Assembly: GCA_046052125.1 (NCBI GenBank)
Contig: JBJOMY010000001.1
Coordinates: 160,001-224,000, forward strand
Direction: 5' to 3'
From: Cyanobacteriota bacterium
GTDB taxonomy: Bacteria; Cyanobacteriota; Cyanobacteriia; PCC-6307; Cyanobiaceae
DNA: 64,000 nt
The position numbers and the translations under genes are program-made. Each line of letters opens with the position of its first letter. Within the stretch, counting starts at the first letter, position 1. The notes beneath the pieces are model-generated. The model was not told the origin of the DNA and searched no databases. It worked only from the letters and a program-made list of their open reading frames with translations. Positions 17,798 through 25,791 of this stretch are shown piece by piece.

Positions 17798-18106
17798 TCA
17801 GCGCCAAAGCACCATCCGCGGGGGCTGGGGTGGATGCCATTGCGGGGCGCAGGGTGCCCAGCCGTCAGCCCTGCGTTGACGCCACAACTCAATGGCCTTC
17901 TCACGGCTGAGTCGTTGGCGCCGCTTGAGCAACGGCGCGGTTTGGTCGCTCAGCCACTCACCACTGGTGACCTCGAGCTCCTGCTGCGAACGTCTCCAGA
18001 TCACCGGCTTGAAATGGAGCACCTGGCGGCCGTCACTCAACCAGGCCTCAGCCGGGTTGGAAGGGATTCGCTGCCCTTGATCTTGTTGGGCATTGGGCAC
18101 CCACAC
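17798..18106 (-). CDS. DUF1651 family protein
   Basis: 'WLSDGRQVLHFKP...PLLKRRQRLSREKAIELW...GW'. Confidence 0.75.
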   Translation of the reverse strand: MWVPNAQQDQGQRIPSNPAEAWLSDGRQVLHFKPVIWRRSQQELEVTSGEWLSDQTAPLLKRRQRLSREKAIELWRQRRADGWAPCAPQWHPPQPPRMVLWR

Positions 18107-18109
18107 GCG

Positions 18110-18403
18110 TCAGCCCACCTCCGGCGCCCAACCCCGCTGGCGGGTCATGTCGTCGGTCCAGCCCTGGCAGCGGCTCAGGAGGTGATCACCATGAGCAATC
18201 AGGCCCTGATGCAGCTGGCAAGTGAGCAGCGGAATGCACTGCGCTCCGGCGTGGTGCCTGAACCAATGGCAGGTCATGCAGACCTTGCGACTACGACTGG
18301 CTACCAGCACGTCGCCATCGAGGTAAGGCCAGCCCTCGCAGTCGGCTGCGGCCTCAACCGCAGCCGTCACTGAGCGGACTGACCTTGGACGGGAGAGCGC
18401 CAT
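18110..18403 (-). CDS. Small Cys/His-rich hypothetical protein
   Basis: 'CMTCHWF...TCQLHQGLIAHGDHL...CQGW'; putative metal binding. Confidence 0.75.
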   Translation of the reverse strand: MALSRPRSVRSVTAAVEAAADCEGWPYLDGDVLVASRSRKVCMTCHWFRHHAGAQCIPLLTCQLHQGLIAHGDHLLSRCQGWTDDMTRQRGWAPEVG

Positions 18404-18420
18404 CACCAAACTCCTGCAGT

Positions 18421-18435
18421 CGTACACCTGTACTA
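18421..18435 (-). promoter_or_regulatory. LexA-type SOS box
   Basis: Minus strand TAGTACAggTGTACG, 17 bp upstream of ATG 18403. Confidence 0.65.
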
Positions 18436-18481
18436 GCAGGGATTGGGTGAGTTGGCTCGGTCGCTGAGCAGCGCCTTTCAC

Positions 18482-18511
18482 AAAAGAACCCCGGGCCATG
18501 GGCGCCCGGGG
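18482..18511 (-). terminator. Intrinsic terminator
   Basis: ccccgggc/gcccgggg stem followed on the minus strand by ttctttt. Confidence 0.55.
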
Positions 18512-18587
18512 CCTTTGAGCCAGCGGGTCCTTGGCTGCCCGCTTCTCCACGGTCATGGCTTAGGCGAATGCTCCATGGCAAGGGGTG

Positions 18588-18603
18588 TCGGAACCCTTTG
18601 AGG
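18588..18603. promoter_or_regulatory. 16-bp motif TCGGAACCCTTWGRGG, copy 3
   Basis: tcggaaccctttgagg, 16 bp before TTG 18620. Confidence 0.6.
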
Positions 18604-18619
18604 CCTCACGCCAACTCCT

Positions 18620-18946
18620 TTGCTCGCCTTCTTTCAACGCATCACTTCCTTCATCCGTTCGCTGGTCCAGCGGGAGGCCAATTGCTCCTCAGATCTCCGC
18701 GGCCTGCCCTACCAACAGGACCATGCCCTGGCTGCCTTTGAGCAGGGTGACTGGCTCGCTGAACTGGAGCTTCTCCAGCTCGCCAACGCCCTGCAGCGCA
18801 GCGCGATCAGCCGTGGCGGCTATGACGGCCGCGCGTTTGATCTGATGGTCGCCATCGCCGATGCTCTCGAGGCTGATCACGGCTGGAGTTTTGAGCAAGC
18901 CGATGGCTGGCTCGAGCGAATGGGGCTCTGGGACGAGGAGTTCTGA
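18620..18946 (+). CDS. Hypothetical helical protein
   Basis: 108 aa with protein-like composition and codon usage. Confidence 0.6.
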   Translation: MLAFFQRITSFIRSLVQREANCSSDLRGLPYQQDHALAAFEQGDWLAELELLQLANALQRSAISRGGYDGRAFDLMVAIADALEADHGWSFEQADGWLERMGLWDEEF

Positions 18947-19030
18947 GCGCACCGGATGCCAAATGGAGCGACCATTTCGTCCGGTTTGATCCGCACCCTG
19001 CTCTACGCGCCCCTGGCGCGTTTCACCAGG

Positions 19031-19480
19031 TCATGCTGAGAGCACTAATGCTTCAGCAGTGGGATGATCTTTGCGAAACAAGCGATCATCGGCTGCGCGT
19101 CGGCAGGTCCGCATGAACAGTGGCATCTCAATGCCAAACGCCTGCTCAAAAAGAGCTACAACGCCTGCGGTCTGGCTCAGGCCACAGGCCGCAATGGCAT
19201 GCCCGAGCCCCTGCCGGGGCTGATCGGTGAGTGCGGCAAACAGCTTGTTGAGGCGGTGCTCCTGCAGGGCTTGCGTCAGGCTGATGCCACGCACTTGCTC
19301 AAAACTGAGATCAAGGCATTGTTTGCTGATGCCTAACAGAGCGGGCAGTTGACCGAGATCGATCGACTCTTGAAAGTGGAGCGCAAAGTACTGACGCACT
19401 GCTGCAATAATCTGCATTGGGCTCTCGCAAGCCAGGGGAACTACAGATGCACCTTGGCCTAAAGATCGCTCAATGATCAT
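19031..19480 (-). CDS. Stand-alone AraC-like HTH protein
   Basis: 'YFALHFQESIDL...LGIS...EHRLNKL...IAACGL...FEQAFGI'. Confidence 0.75.
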   Translation of the reverse strand: MIIERSLGQGASVVPLACESPMQIIAAVRQYFALHFQESIDLGQLPALLGISKQCLDLSFEQVRGISLTQALQEHRLNKLFAALTDQPRQGLGHAIAACGLSQTAGVVALFEQAFGIEMPLFMRTCRRAADDRLFRKDHPTAEALVLSA

Positions 19481-19731
19481 TCACGTCTCCTGCACCGCAG
19501 GGAGCGATGCGACCGAAGCCCATGCTGATGAGCTGGATATCAAGACGCTAAGCCATTGTTGAAATCGCCGCATTCCTCATCACAAGTTCATCTAGCGACA
19601 TCTTGCGACACATACCAACCCAAACACGGTAAATCTGTGGTGATTCAGTGCGTTACTGGCTGCAGATCCCTACACCACCATGATGGCCTTGGTCGCCTGC
19701 GGCTTCTGTTGGGCGTACCGAGGGGCATGAG

Positions 19732-19755
19732 GCGTCGCCAAAGCGACGCTTTTTT
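19732..19755 (+). terminator. Intrinsic terminator
   Basis: gcgtcgc-caaa-gcgacgc-tttttt. Confidence 0.75.
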
Positions 19756-19980
19756 CGTGACCGGTTTCCAACCCAACGAGTGGCCTCCGCTCAGGCCGGT
19801 GGACGATCCAGTAGGCGTCCACCCGCTGGTGTAGAGTGAATTCGATTCAACGACCTCTCTCAGGCGGGTTTCTCTTTCAAGCGGCGAGTCTCTCGAGCTT
19901 CTGGCTTCGGTATTTCTCCACTCGACCAGTCACTTTCTTCAGGGCTATCAGCGAATCGGCTACATAATTCTGCTTATTGA

Positions 19981-20253
19981 ATGACAATTTACGTTGGCAA
20001 CCTCTCCTTCGATGCCGAAGTGGAGGACCTTCAACACCTCTTTGCTGAGTACGGCTCCGTCAGCAAGTGCAGTCTGCCGCTCGATCGCGAAACAGGTCGC
20101 AAGCGTGGCTTCGCCTTTGTCGACATGGCCGACGCCAACGCGGAAAGCAAAGCCATTGCTGACCTTCAGGACGTGGAGTGGATGGGCCGCTCGATCCGGG
20201 TCAATAAGGCCGAGCCTCGCCCCGCACCTGCATTCGCCAACAGCCGCTGGTGA
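19981..20253 (+). CDS. rbp: RRM RNA-binding protein (Rbp family)
   Basis: RNP2 'IYVGNL', RNP1 'RGFAFV', 'WMGRSIRVNKA'. Confidence 0.95.
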   Translation: MTIYVGNLSFDAEVEDLQHLFAEYGSVSKCSLPLDRETGRKRGFAFVDMADANAESKAIADLQDVEWMGRSIRVNKAEPRPAPAFANSRW

Positions 20254-20442
20254 ACTCGTTCCCAACAGCTGCAGCGCTGTTGCGCTCCAATGGCCGGCCC
20301 TGCGGGTTCGCTGTGTGGAGCTCAGCCAGGGATGTCAGCGGTGGCAATGCCCAGCCTGAGGACAACACAACACCGATGGGCGAACCGTCACCGGCGCCCT
20401 CAGGACATGACCCTCAATGGATTCCAACACTCTGAACAACAC

Positions 20443-20586
20443 ATGACTCAATCTTCCGGACGCTTTGGTTTTGTTGAATTCGCAGAAACCTGGAATGGCC
20501 GCCTCGCCATGCTCGGTTTCGTGATCGGCCTCGGCACTGAGCTGCTCACTGGCCAGGGAATCCTGTCCCAGATCGGCCTCGGCTGA
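20443..20586 (+). CDS. hli: High-light-inducible protein
   Basis: 'AETWNGRLAMLGF...ELLTGQGIL'. Confidence 0.95.
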   Translation: MTQSSGRFGFVEFAETWNGRLAMLGFVIGLGTELLTGQGILSQIGLG

Positions 20587-20685
20587 AGCGGCGAGCAACT
20601 CTCCCCCCGAAGAGGTGTTCAAGAGCGTTGAGCTCTTGAACGCGTGCGTTTGCGACCGGACGATCTCCGGGATTTGAATCTTCAG

Positions 20686-20711
20686 ACCCCTGGGCATTGC
20701 TCAGGGGTTTT
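20686..20711 (+). terminator. Terminator hairpin between hli and integrase
   Basis: acccctgggca-t-tgctcaggggt followed by ttt. Confidence 0.6.
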
Positions 20712-20741
20712 GTTTTGGTTGTTTTGGTGGCATGGCTTGCT

Positions 20742-22082
20742 TCAACCAAGGCCTGCTGCCTTGAGCTTCATCGCCATCTCCAGCAGTTCCGGTGTGATGC
20801 CTTCCGGTAGCGCAGGAGGTGTCGAGAACACAGACGGAGCCTGCTCAAAGGGCTGTATCCGGTTCGCAGCAACGCCACCACCGCTCCGACGCCGCTGCAG
20901 CGACTCCTTCCGGCGGCTTGAGCTCAGCCAGCGCAGGTAAATCCGGCGGTGCACATCGAGCCCATGGCCCATCCAACAGGCCATGTCGTCGTCGAAGGCA
21001 TCAGCGGTTTCAGATGAGGTGGCGCAGCGAATCGCATAGGCGTGCCTGAGGTCATAAGGACGCACCCAGTCCATGCCGTCACCGTCCGCCACTGGGGCCC
21101 AAAGCTTCTGCAGGCCCTTCCGCTGAAACTCCTTGTAGAGGGAGTTGGAGACAGCCACGTTGTTCACGGCGATCTTCACGCCGGACACTTCCGCAAAGCG
21201 CACCTTCCAGCGGGCATTGAGCTGACCGTGGAACTGCTCCCAGTTCGCCCGCAGGCCATAGCGCTCCACCCAGTCGTCCGGAACGGCCGGTGCGAAGTGC
21301 TCGCCGGTCTTGGTCTTCATGTCACCGGGGATGCTGATCCAGCCCTGGCTGTCGATCCCCTCGGCATGCCACAGCTCATGAGGCCTGAGGCCATAGGTGG
21401 CGATGCAGCCAAACACCCACTGGTGAAACGGCTCTAGGCGGTCGAGCCAGTGCTGGAGATCCTCGTCGGATGGAATGACGCGTACCCGCATCGAGGAGGC
21501 CTTGCGGATCTTCTCGGCCGCCCCTTTCGGGCGCATGTCGCGCAAGCGTTGCAGTACAGCGGTGAGATCCATCAGGCCGCTGCGATGGATCTGGGAAAGG
21601 GTCTCGATCCGCCGGTTGAAGCTCTTGAGCTGAAGGCGTGGATCGTGCTCCAGGACCCATGCCTGCAGCTTCTTCGGATCCACAGGCCCTCGGAACCGGG
21701 CGATCCGTTTGTTCAGGTCGTTAATCACGTGGGCACGACTGCCCTCCTTGCAGATCCTGAGCTTGATGTCGCCGATACAGGCTTCGGCAAGGGCAGACCA
21801 GTCGCTGCCTGGAAGAGCCGGTTGCTCTGATGGCGCAGCAGGCCAGCGTCCCTGGCGGTGGCCGTGGATGCATAGGTCCCGCGCCTCCTCGATGTCATCC
21901 CGATTGCACCAACGCATCGGTTTGAGCGAAAACTCACCGAGCTTTCTGCCTTCCTCCATCTCGCGCACGTAGATGAACGGGCTACCTGGATGGCGCCTGA
22001 TCCGAAATCGGGAGTGCCGGACTTTGAGCTCATGCACACACTGGTCCCAGAACGGCAGGCTTGGAGGACGGCTCTCAGGCAT
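20742..22082 (-). CDS. Tyrosine recombinase / integrase
   Basis: Catalytic motifs 'YGLRPHEL' (R), 'MKTK' (K), 'YDLRHAYA', 'WMGH...IY'; adjacent to the tRNA 3' end. Confidence 0.92.
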   Translation of the reverse strand: MPESRPPSLPFWDQCVHELKVRHSRFRIRRHPGSPFIYVREMEEGRKLGEFSLKPMRWCNRDDIEEARDLCIHGHRQGRWPAAPSEQPALPGSDWSALAEACIGDIKLRICKEGSRAHVINDLNKRIARFRGPVDPKKLQAWVLEHDPRLQLKSFNRRIETLSQIHRSGLMDLTAVLQRLRDMRPKGAAEKIRKASSMRVRVIPSDEDLQHWLDRLEPFHQWVFGCIATYGLRPHELWHAEGIDSQGWISIPGDMKTKTGEHFAPAVPDDWVERYGLRANWEQFHGQLNARWKVRFAEVSGVKIAVNNVAVSNSLYKEFQRKGLQKLWAPVADGDGMDWVRPYDLRHAYAIRCATSSETADAFDDDMACWMGHGLDVHRRIYLRWLSSSRRKESLQRRRSGGGVAANRIQPFEQAPSVFSTPPALPEGITPELLEMAMKLKAAGLG

Positions 22083-22120
22083 GGGATCCGTGCGACGCAG
22101 GACCCAGTGAGTGTTCCCCA

Positions 22121-22148
22121 AAAACGTGCAAAGTGCTTTGCACGTTTT
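22121..22148. repeat. Perfect 13-bp inverted repeat upstream of integrase
   Basis: aaaacgtgcaaag-tg-ctttgcacgtttt. Confidence 0.85.
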
Positions 22149-22230
22149 GGCTACAAGCAGCCTCAAGTCGTCACAAGTGGCTCACACTGGTCCCGGCTTT
22201 GGAATCCCTGAAAACCCAGGCCCAGACAGC

Positions 22231-22253
22231 AAAAAGCCCCGCCGAAGCAGGGC
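22231..22253 (-). terminator. Terminator downstream of tRNA-Met
   Basis: Minus strand gccctgc-ttcg-gcggggc-ttttt. Confidence 0.8.
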
Positions 22254-22262
22254 ACAGAGCAA

Positions 22263-22336
22263 TGGCTCGGGGGAGACTTGAACTCCCGACCTTGGGGTTA
22301 TGAATCCCACGCTCTAACCAGCTGAGCTACCGAGCC
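22263..22336 (-). tRNA. tRNA-Met (CAT)
   Basis: GGCTCGGTAGCTCAGCTGGTTAGAGCGTGGGATTCATAACCCCAAGGTCGGGAGTTCAAGTCTCCCCCGAGCCA; cloverleaf, anticodon CAT; TACAAT -10 at 22348-22353. Confidence 0.95.
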
Positions 22337-22390
22337 GCGGTGTTTTGATTGTAGAGGATCGTGCCCACGGATCCCTGTGTTGCTGCGGGT

Positions 22391-23446
22391 TCAGGCACGA
22401 GCCGGTAGGAACTGGAGCGGGTTCACTGCACCGCGACCGGCCGGGCGAATCTCGAAGTGGAGATGCGGGCCGGTGCTACGGCCGGTGCTGCCCATCTGAG
22501 AGATAGGTGTGCCCTGGGCCACCTGCTGCCCGACGCGCACCAAGATGCGGCTGTTGTGGGCGTACCGACTGATGGAGCCATCGACATGGCGCAGCTCCAC
22601 CAGATAGCCGTAGCCGCCGTCGTTCCAACCAGCAGACACCACGACGCCCGCACGAGCTGCGTGAATGGGCGTGCCTACGTTGTTGGCGATGTCGATGCCT
22701 TGGTGCATCCGGCCCCAACGCCAGCCATAACCGGAGGAGAAAATCCCTTTGGTGGGCCAAATCCAACCGGTATCGGAAAACTCAGCCGCGGGATCGCTAC
22801 CGCCCAGGCCGAAATCAGGCTGATCAGGCCAGCTCAGACCGCCGGAGGCAGAAGGCTTGAGGCCCAACACCATGCGACTGCGGCCTGGGGTGGAATTGGC
22901 CACGTGGATCTGGGTGCCAACCACCAGGCGGGCGGCCTGCAGACCGGGGTTCAGGCGTAGGAGCTCGCCAATGCTCAGGTTGTAGCGAGAGGCGATCTTG
23001 GCGAGGCTGTCGCCGAAGCGAATCCGAGGCGCTTCCTGGGGCTCCGGAGGAGCCGCCAGGGGTGGAGTGCGGCGCAGATCGCTGGTGTCGATCGCGGCGA
23101 GCTGCTTCACTTTCTTGCTGCTCTGGCTGGGCAGCACCAGCCAGTCACCGCTGGTGAATTGGTGGTCTTCGTTGACGTCGTTGAGGTTGGCGAGCTTGGT
23201 TTCGTCTTGGGCAAGCTTCTCGGCCAGCTCTTCGATGCTGATCGGGGTGCGCACCTTCACCCAGAGGCGATCGGTGGTGGCAGGCAGGGCTGCGATTAGG
23301 AGCTGATCAGAGCCGGGGAGTTCAGAAAAGGAGGAAGCCGAATACTGGGGGCGCGAATCAGCCAGTGACGGGATGACAACACTGCCAGCGACGCCAATGG
23401 CGCTAGTACTGGCAATGGTGGTCAATAAGAACTGATAAGGCTTCAT
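22391..23446 (-). CDS. LysM / M23 family peptidoglycan endopeptidase
   Basis: LysM 'GDSLAKIASRYNLS', M23 'HQGIDIA', 'YAH', 'TGPHLHFE'. Confidence 0.93.
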   Translation of the reverse strand: MKPYQFLLTTIASTSAIGVAGSVVIPSLADSRPQYSASSFSELPGSDQLLIAALPATTDRLWVKVRTPISIEELAEKLAQDETKLANLNDVNEDHQFTSGDWLVLPSQSSKKVKQLAAIDTSDLRRTPPLAAPPEPQEAPRIRFGDSLAKIASRYNLSIGELLRLNPGLQAARLVVGTQIHVANSTPGRSRMVLGLKPSASGGLSWPDQPDFGLGGSDPAAEFSDTGWIWPTKGIFSSGYGWRWGRMHQGIDIANNVGTPIHAARAGVVVSAGWNDGGYGYLVELRHVDGSISRYAHNSRILVRVGQQVAQGTPISQMGSTGRSTGPHLHFEIRPAGRGAVNPLQFLPARA

Positions 23447-23591
23447 GCAAATTGGCCAGAGGTCAAAGCCCGTCGGAGAAGCCAACATCCGGGAGCTGCG
23501 GGGAGAGTAACGGCTCGAACACAACGGCGCAAGTGCGCGTGGTCACTCTTTTGGTTGACCAAAGGATAAAAAGCTGTGCTAGCGGGGGATC

Positions 23592-24068
23592 TCAGCCCTC
23601 TCCGTTCAACTGACGCAGGGCCTCAAACAGCACCACGCCGGCGGCCGTGGCGAGGTTGAGGCTGCGTACGCCGCCGCCGTGCTCAATTGAGCCGGGCATC
23701 GGGATCGCTAGGCAGCCATCCGCCTCAGCCACCACCTCAGCGGGCAAACCGCTGGTTTCACGGCCGAACAGGAGCCAGTCGTCGCTGCGGTAGCGCAGTT
23801 GCGTGTAGGGATGGCTGCCGTTGCGGCTCAGGGCCAGTAAACGGCCGCCATGGGCCAGCTGATGGGCGCGAAAGGCGTCCCAGTCCGGGTGACGATGCAA
23901 TTGCACCCAAGGCCAGTAGTCGAGCCCGGCGCGCTTGAGGGTGCGATCGCTGATTTCGAAGCCCAGCGGTTCAATTAAATGCAACTCCGTGCAGGTGGCG
24001 GCGCAGGTGCGGGCCACATTGCCGGTGTTGGGCGGTATTTCGGGCTGGTAGAGCACCAGGCGGGGCAT
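23592..24068 (-). CDS. trmL: tRNA (cytidine(34)-2'-O)-methyltransferase
   Basis: 'PEIPPNTGN', 'RAGLDYW', 'FGRETSGLP', 'RSLNL'. Confidence 0.93.
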   Translation of the reverse strand: MPRLVLYQPEIPPNTGNVARTCAATCTELHLIEPLGFEISDRTLKRAGLDYWPWVQLHRHPDWDAFRAHQLAHGGRLLALSRNGSHPYTQLRYRSDDWLLFGRETSGLPAEVVAEADGCLAIPMPGSIEHGGGVRSLNLATAAGVVLFEALRQLNGEG

Positions 24069-24070
24069 CG

Positions 24071-24655
24071 CTAGCTGGGGGGAACGGGAAGGCTGTGCTC
24101 CATCAGATTGAGCGCCCGCCCCGCCACCACCAGCCAGGCGCTGTGGCAGTGCTGCATGAGCACCTGTTGCAGGGATCCGAGCCGATCGCGGAACAAGCCG
24201 CCCACGGCGGTGGCAGGCACCACGCCCCAGCCGGTCTCCTCCACCACGAGCACCACAGGTGCGCGCTGAGCGAGCAAGCCCTGGATCAAGTGGTCACAGC
24301 GCTCCTTCCATTGCTCAGTGGTGTCGTCGAGATGCCAGGCCAGCCAGGTGCCGAGCGAATCGATCAAGAGCAAGGGCGCCGAAGCGGACTCAGCCGCCAA
24401 GGCCTGCAGCTGCTCGCTGAGTTCAGCTCCCACCTCCAGAGCCCGCCAGCCATCCGGCCGCCGCTGTTGATGCAGGGCCACCCGCTCACTCCAGCCGGGA
24501 TCACTGCCAGCGGCGGGCCCAGTGGCGAGGTACAGCACCGGACCCTGCCAGCGTTGGGCCAGATGCTCGGCCCAGGCGCTTTTGCCGCCCCGGCTGGGGC
24601 CGCTCACCAGCATCAGTCCGCGCTCAGGCAGCTCAAGCCGGGGCTCAACCACCAT
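24071..24655 (-). CDS. cobU: Adenosylcobinamide kinase / guanylyltransferase
   Basis: 'GPSRGGKS', 'HQQRRP', 'ETGWGVVP', 'FRDRLG'. Confidence 0.92.
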   Translation of the reverse strand: MVVEPRLELPERGLMLVSGPSRGGKSAWAEHLAQRWQGPVLYLATGPAAGSDPGWSERVALHQQRRPDGWRALEVGAELSEQLQALAAESASAPLLLIDSLGTWLAWHLDDTTEQWKERCDHLIQGLLAQRAPVVLVVEETGWGVVPATAVGGLFRDRLGSLQQVLMQHCHSAWLVVAGRALNLMEHSLPVPPS

Positions 24656-25784
24656 CCATGCCACGCAGGGTGGCAACGGCAGAAGGCGAAACGCGGTTGA
24701 GGTAGCGGAAGATCCAGTACTTGAAGATCGTGGCGAGCACCACCGGGAAGGTGGCAATGAACAGCAGGATGAAGTTCTCCTCCGCCGGCAAGCCCAGGTG
24801 GTGGGCGATGCCATCCAGGAGCACCGTCCAGCCCTCGGGGCTGTGGAAGCCCACGAAGATGTCGGTGAACAGGATGATCGCGAAGGCTTTGGCGCTGTCG
24901 CTCAGGCCGTACACCGCCTCATCGAGGAAGCCGCGCAGCACCTGCAGGTCGCGCTGACCGAACACACACACCAGGGTGAAGCCCACCAGAGCTGCCAGGT
25001 CGGCGAGCACGTTTTTGGTGGCTTCGAGGCTTTCACCATCGGCCTCTTCCTTGAGCTCGCTCGCCCGGCTCATCAGGGCCGTCTGGATTTCTTCGCGCGT
25101 TGGTGGTGTCTTGCCCTCGAGCAGCGCCTCAAATTCCAGCTCCTGCTGGTAGATCCGCAGCTTGTTCACCGCCTTCTCTTGAAGGTGCGGCTTGGTGTAG
25201 CTGAGGAAGGGGATGTCGGGCGCGAACTGATCCAACAGCGGTGAGATCACCAGGCTGCGGGAGGTTTGCTGCACGATCAACGGCACCAGGATCAACAGCA
25301 AGAAGATCCGCAGCGACACCAGCGTGGAGCTGCGCCGGCGCCGGAATCCCTCGAGCATCGCCGTTTCGGCGTCGGGATCGAGCTGGCGGCGCACGCCGTC
25401 GAACACTCCCAGGAGGCTGCGGGGCAGCAGCTCAGGGCTGCGGGAGAGGCTGGTGCTGCCGCTGCGGCGCTCGTAGCGCGACAACACCGATTGGATTAGC
25501 TGCAGCTGGCGCAGCTCCTGGCTGTCGAGTTCGCTGCGGTGGCTCTGCAGGCCGGGAATCACCTCCTGGCACACCTGCAACGCCGCCCGGAAGCGGCGCA
25601 GCATCTGGGCCTGCGCCTGCTTGGGGATGCTCAGCTGCAGCTCAGGCCGCACCGGCCGGTCGTTGTAGTACTCGAGCTCAAGGCTCTGGATCAACAGCGC
25701 GGCTTCATAGGCGCGCTCGAGATTCAGGCTCAGGTCGCTAGTGCTGGCGCGATCGAAGGCGCCCATCCAGTCGGTCAACCCCAT
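24645..25784 (-). CDS. pxcA: Proton extrusion protein PxcA (CemA family)
   Basis: 'YGLSDSAKAF', 'TDIFVGFHSPEGW', 'FKYWIFRYLNR'. Confidence 0.95.
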   Translation of the reverse strand: MGLTDWMGAFDRASTSDLSLNLERAYEAALLIQSLELEYYNDRPVRPELQLSIPKQAQAQMLRRFRAALQVCQEVIPGLQSHRSELDSQELRQLQLIQSVLSRYERRSGSTSLSRSPELLPRSLLGVFDGVRRQLDPDAETAMLEGFRRRRSSTLVSLRIFLLLILVPLIVQQTSRSLVISPLLDQFAPDIPFLSYTKPHLQEKAVNKLRIYQQELEFEALLEGKTPPTREEIQTALMSRASELKEEADGESLEATKNVLADLAALVGFTLVCVFGQRDLQVLRGFLDEAVYGLSDSAKAFAIILFTDIFVGFHSPEGWTVLLDGIAHHLGLPAEENFILLFIATFPVVLATIFKYWIFRYLNRVSPSAVATLRGMDGG

Positions 25785-25791
25785 GGCCGGT

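Larger units (their letters stand above)
1..22262. mobile_element. tRNA-Met-integrated mobile element / genomic island (left end outside window)
   Basis: Tyrosine integrase directly downstream of the tRNA 3' end, followed by replication, recombination, regulatory and cargo genes. Core genes resume on the other side of the tRNA. No second att copy seen in the window. Confidence 0.88.

Noticed and set aside
1..22262. Complete prophage call
   Set aside because: No structural, packaging or lysis genes are visible; cannot be excluded beyond the left edge.
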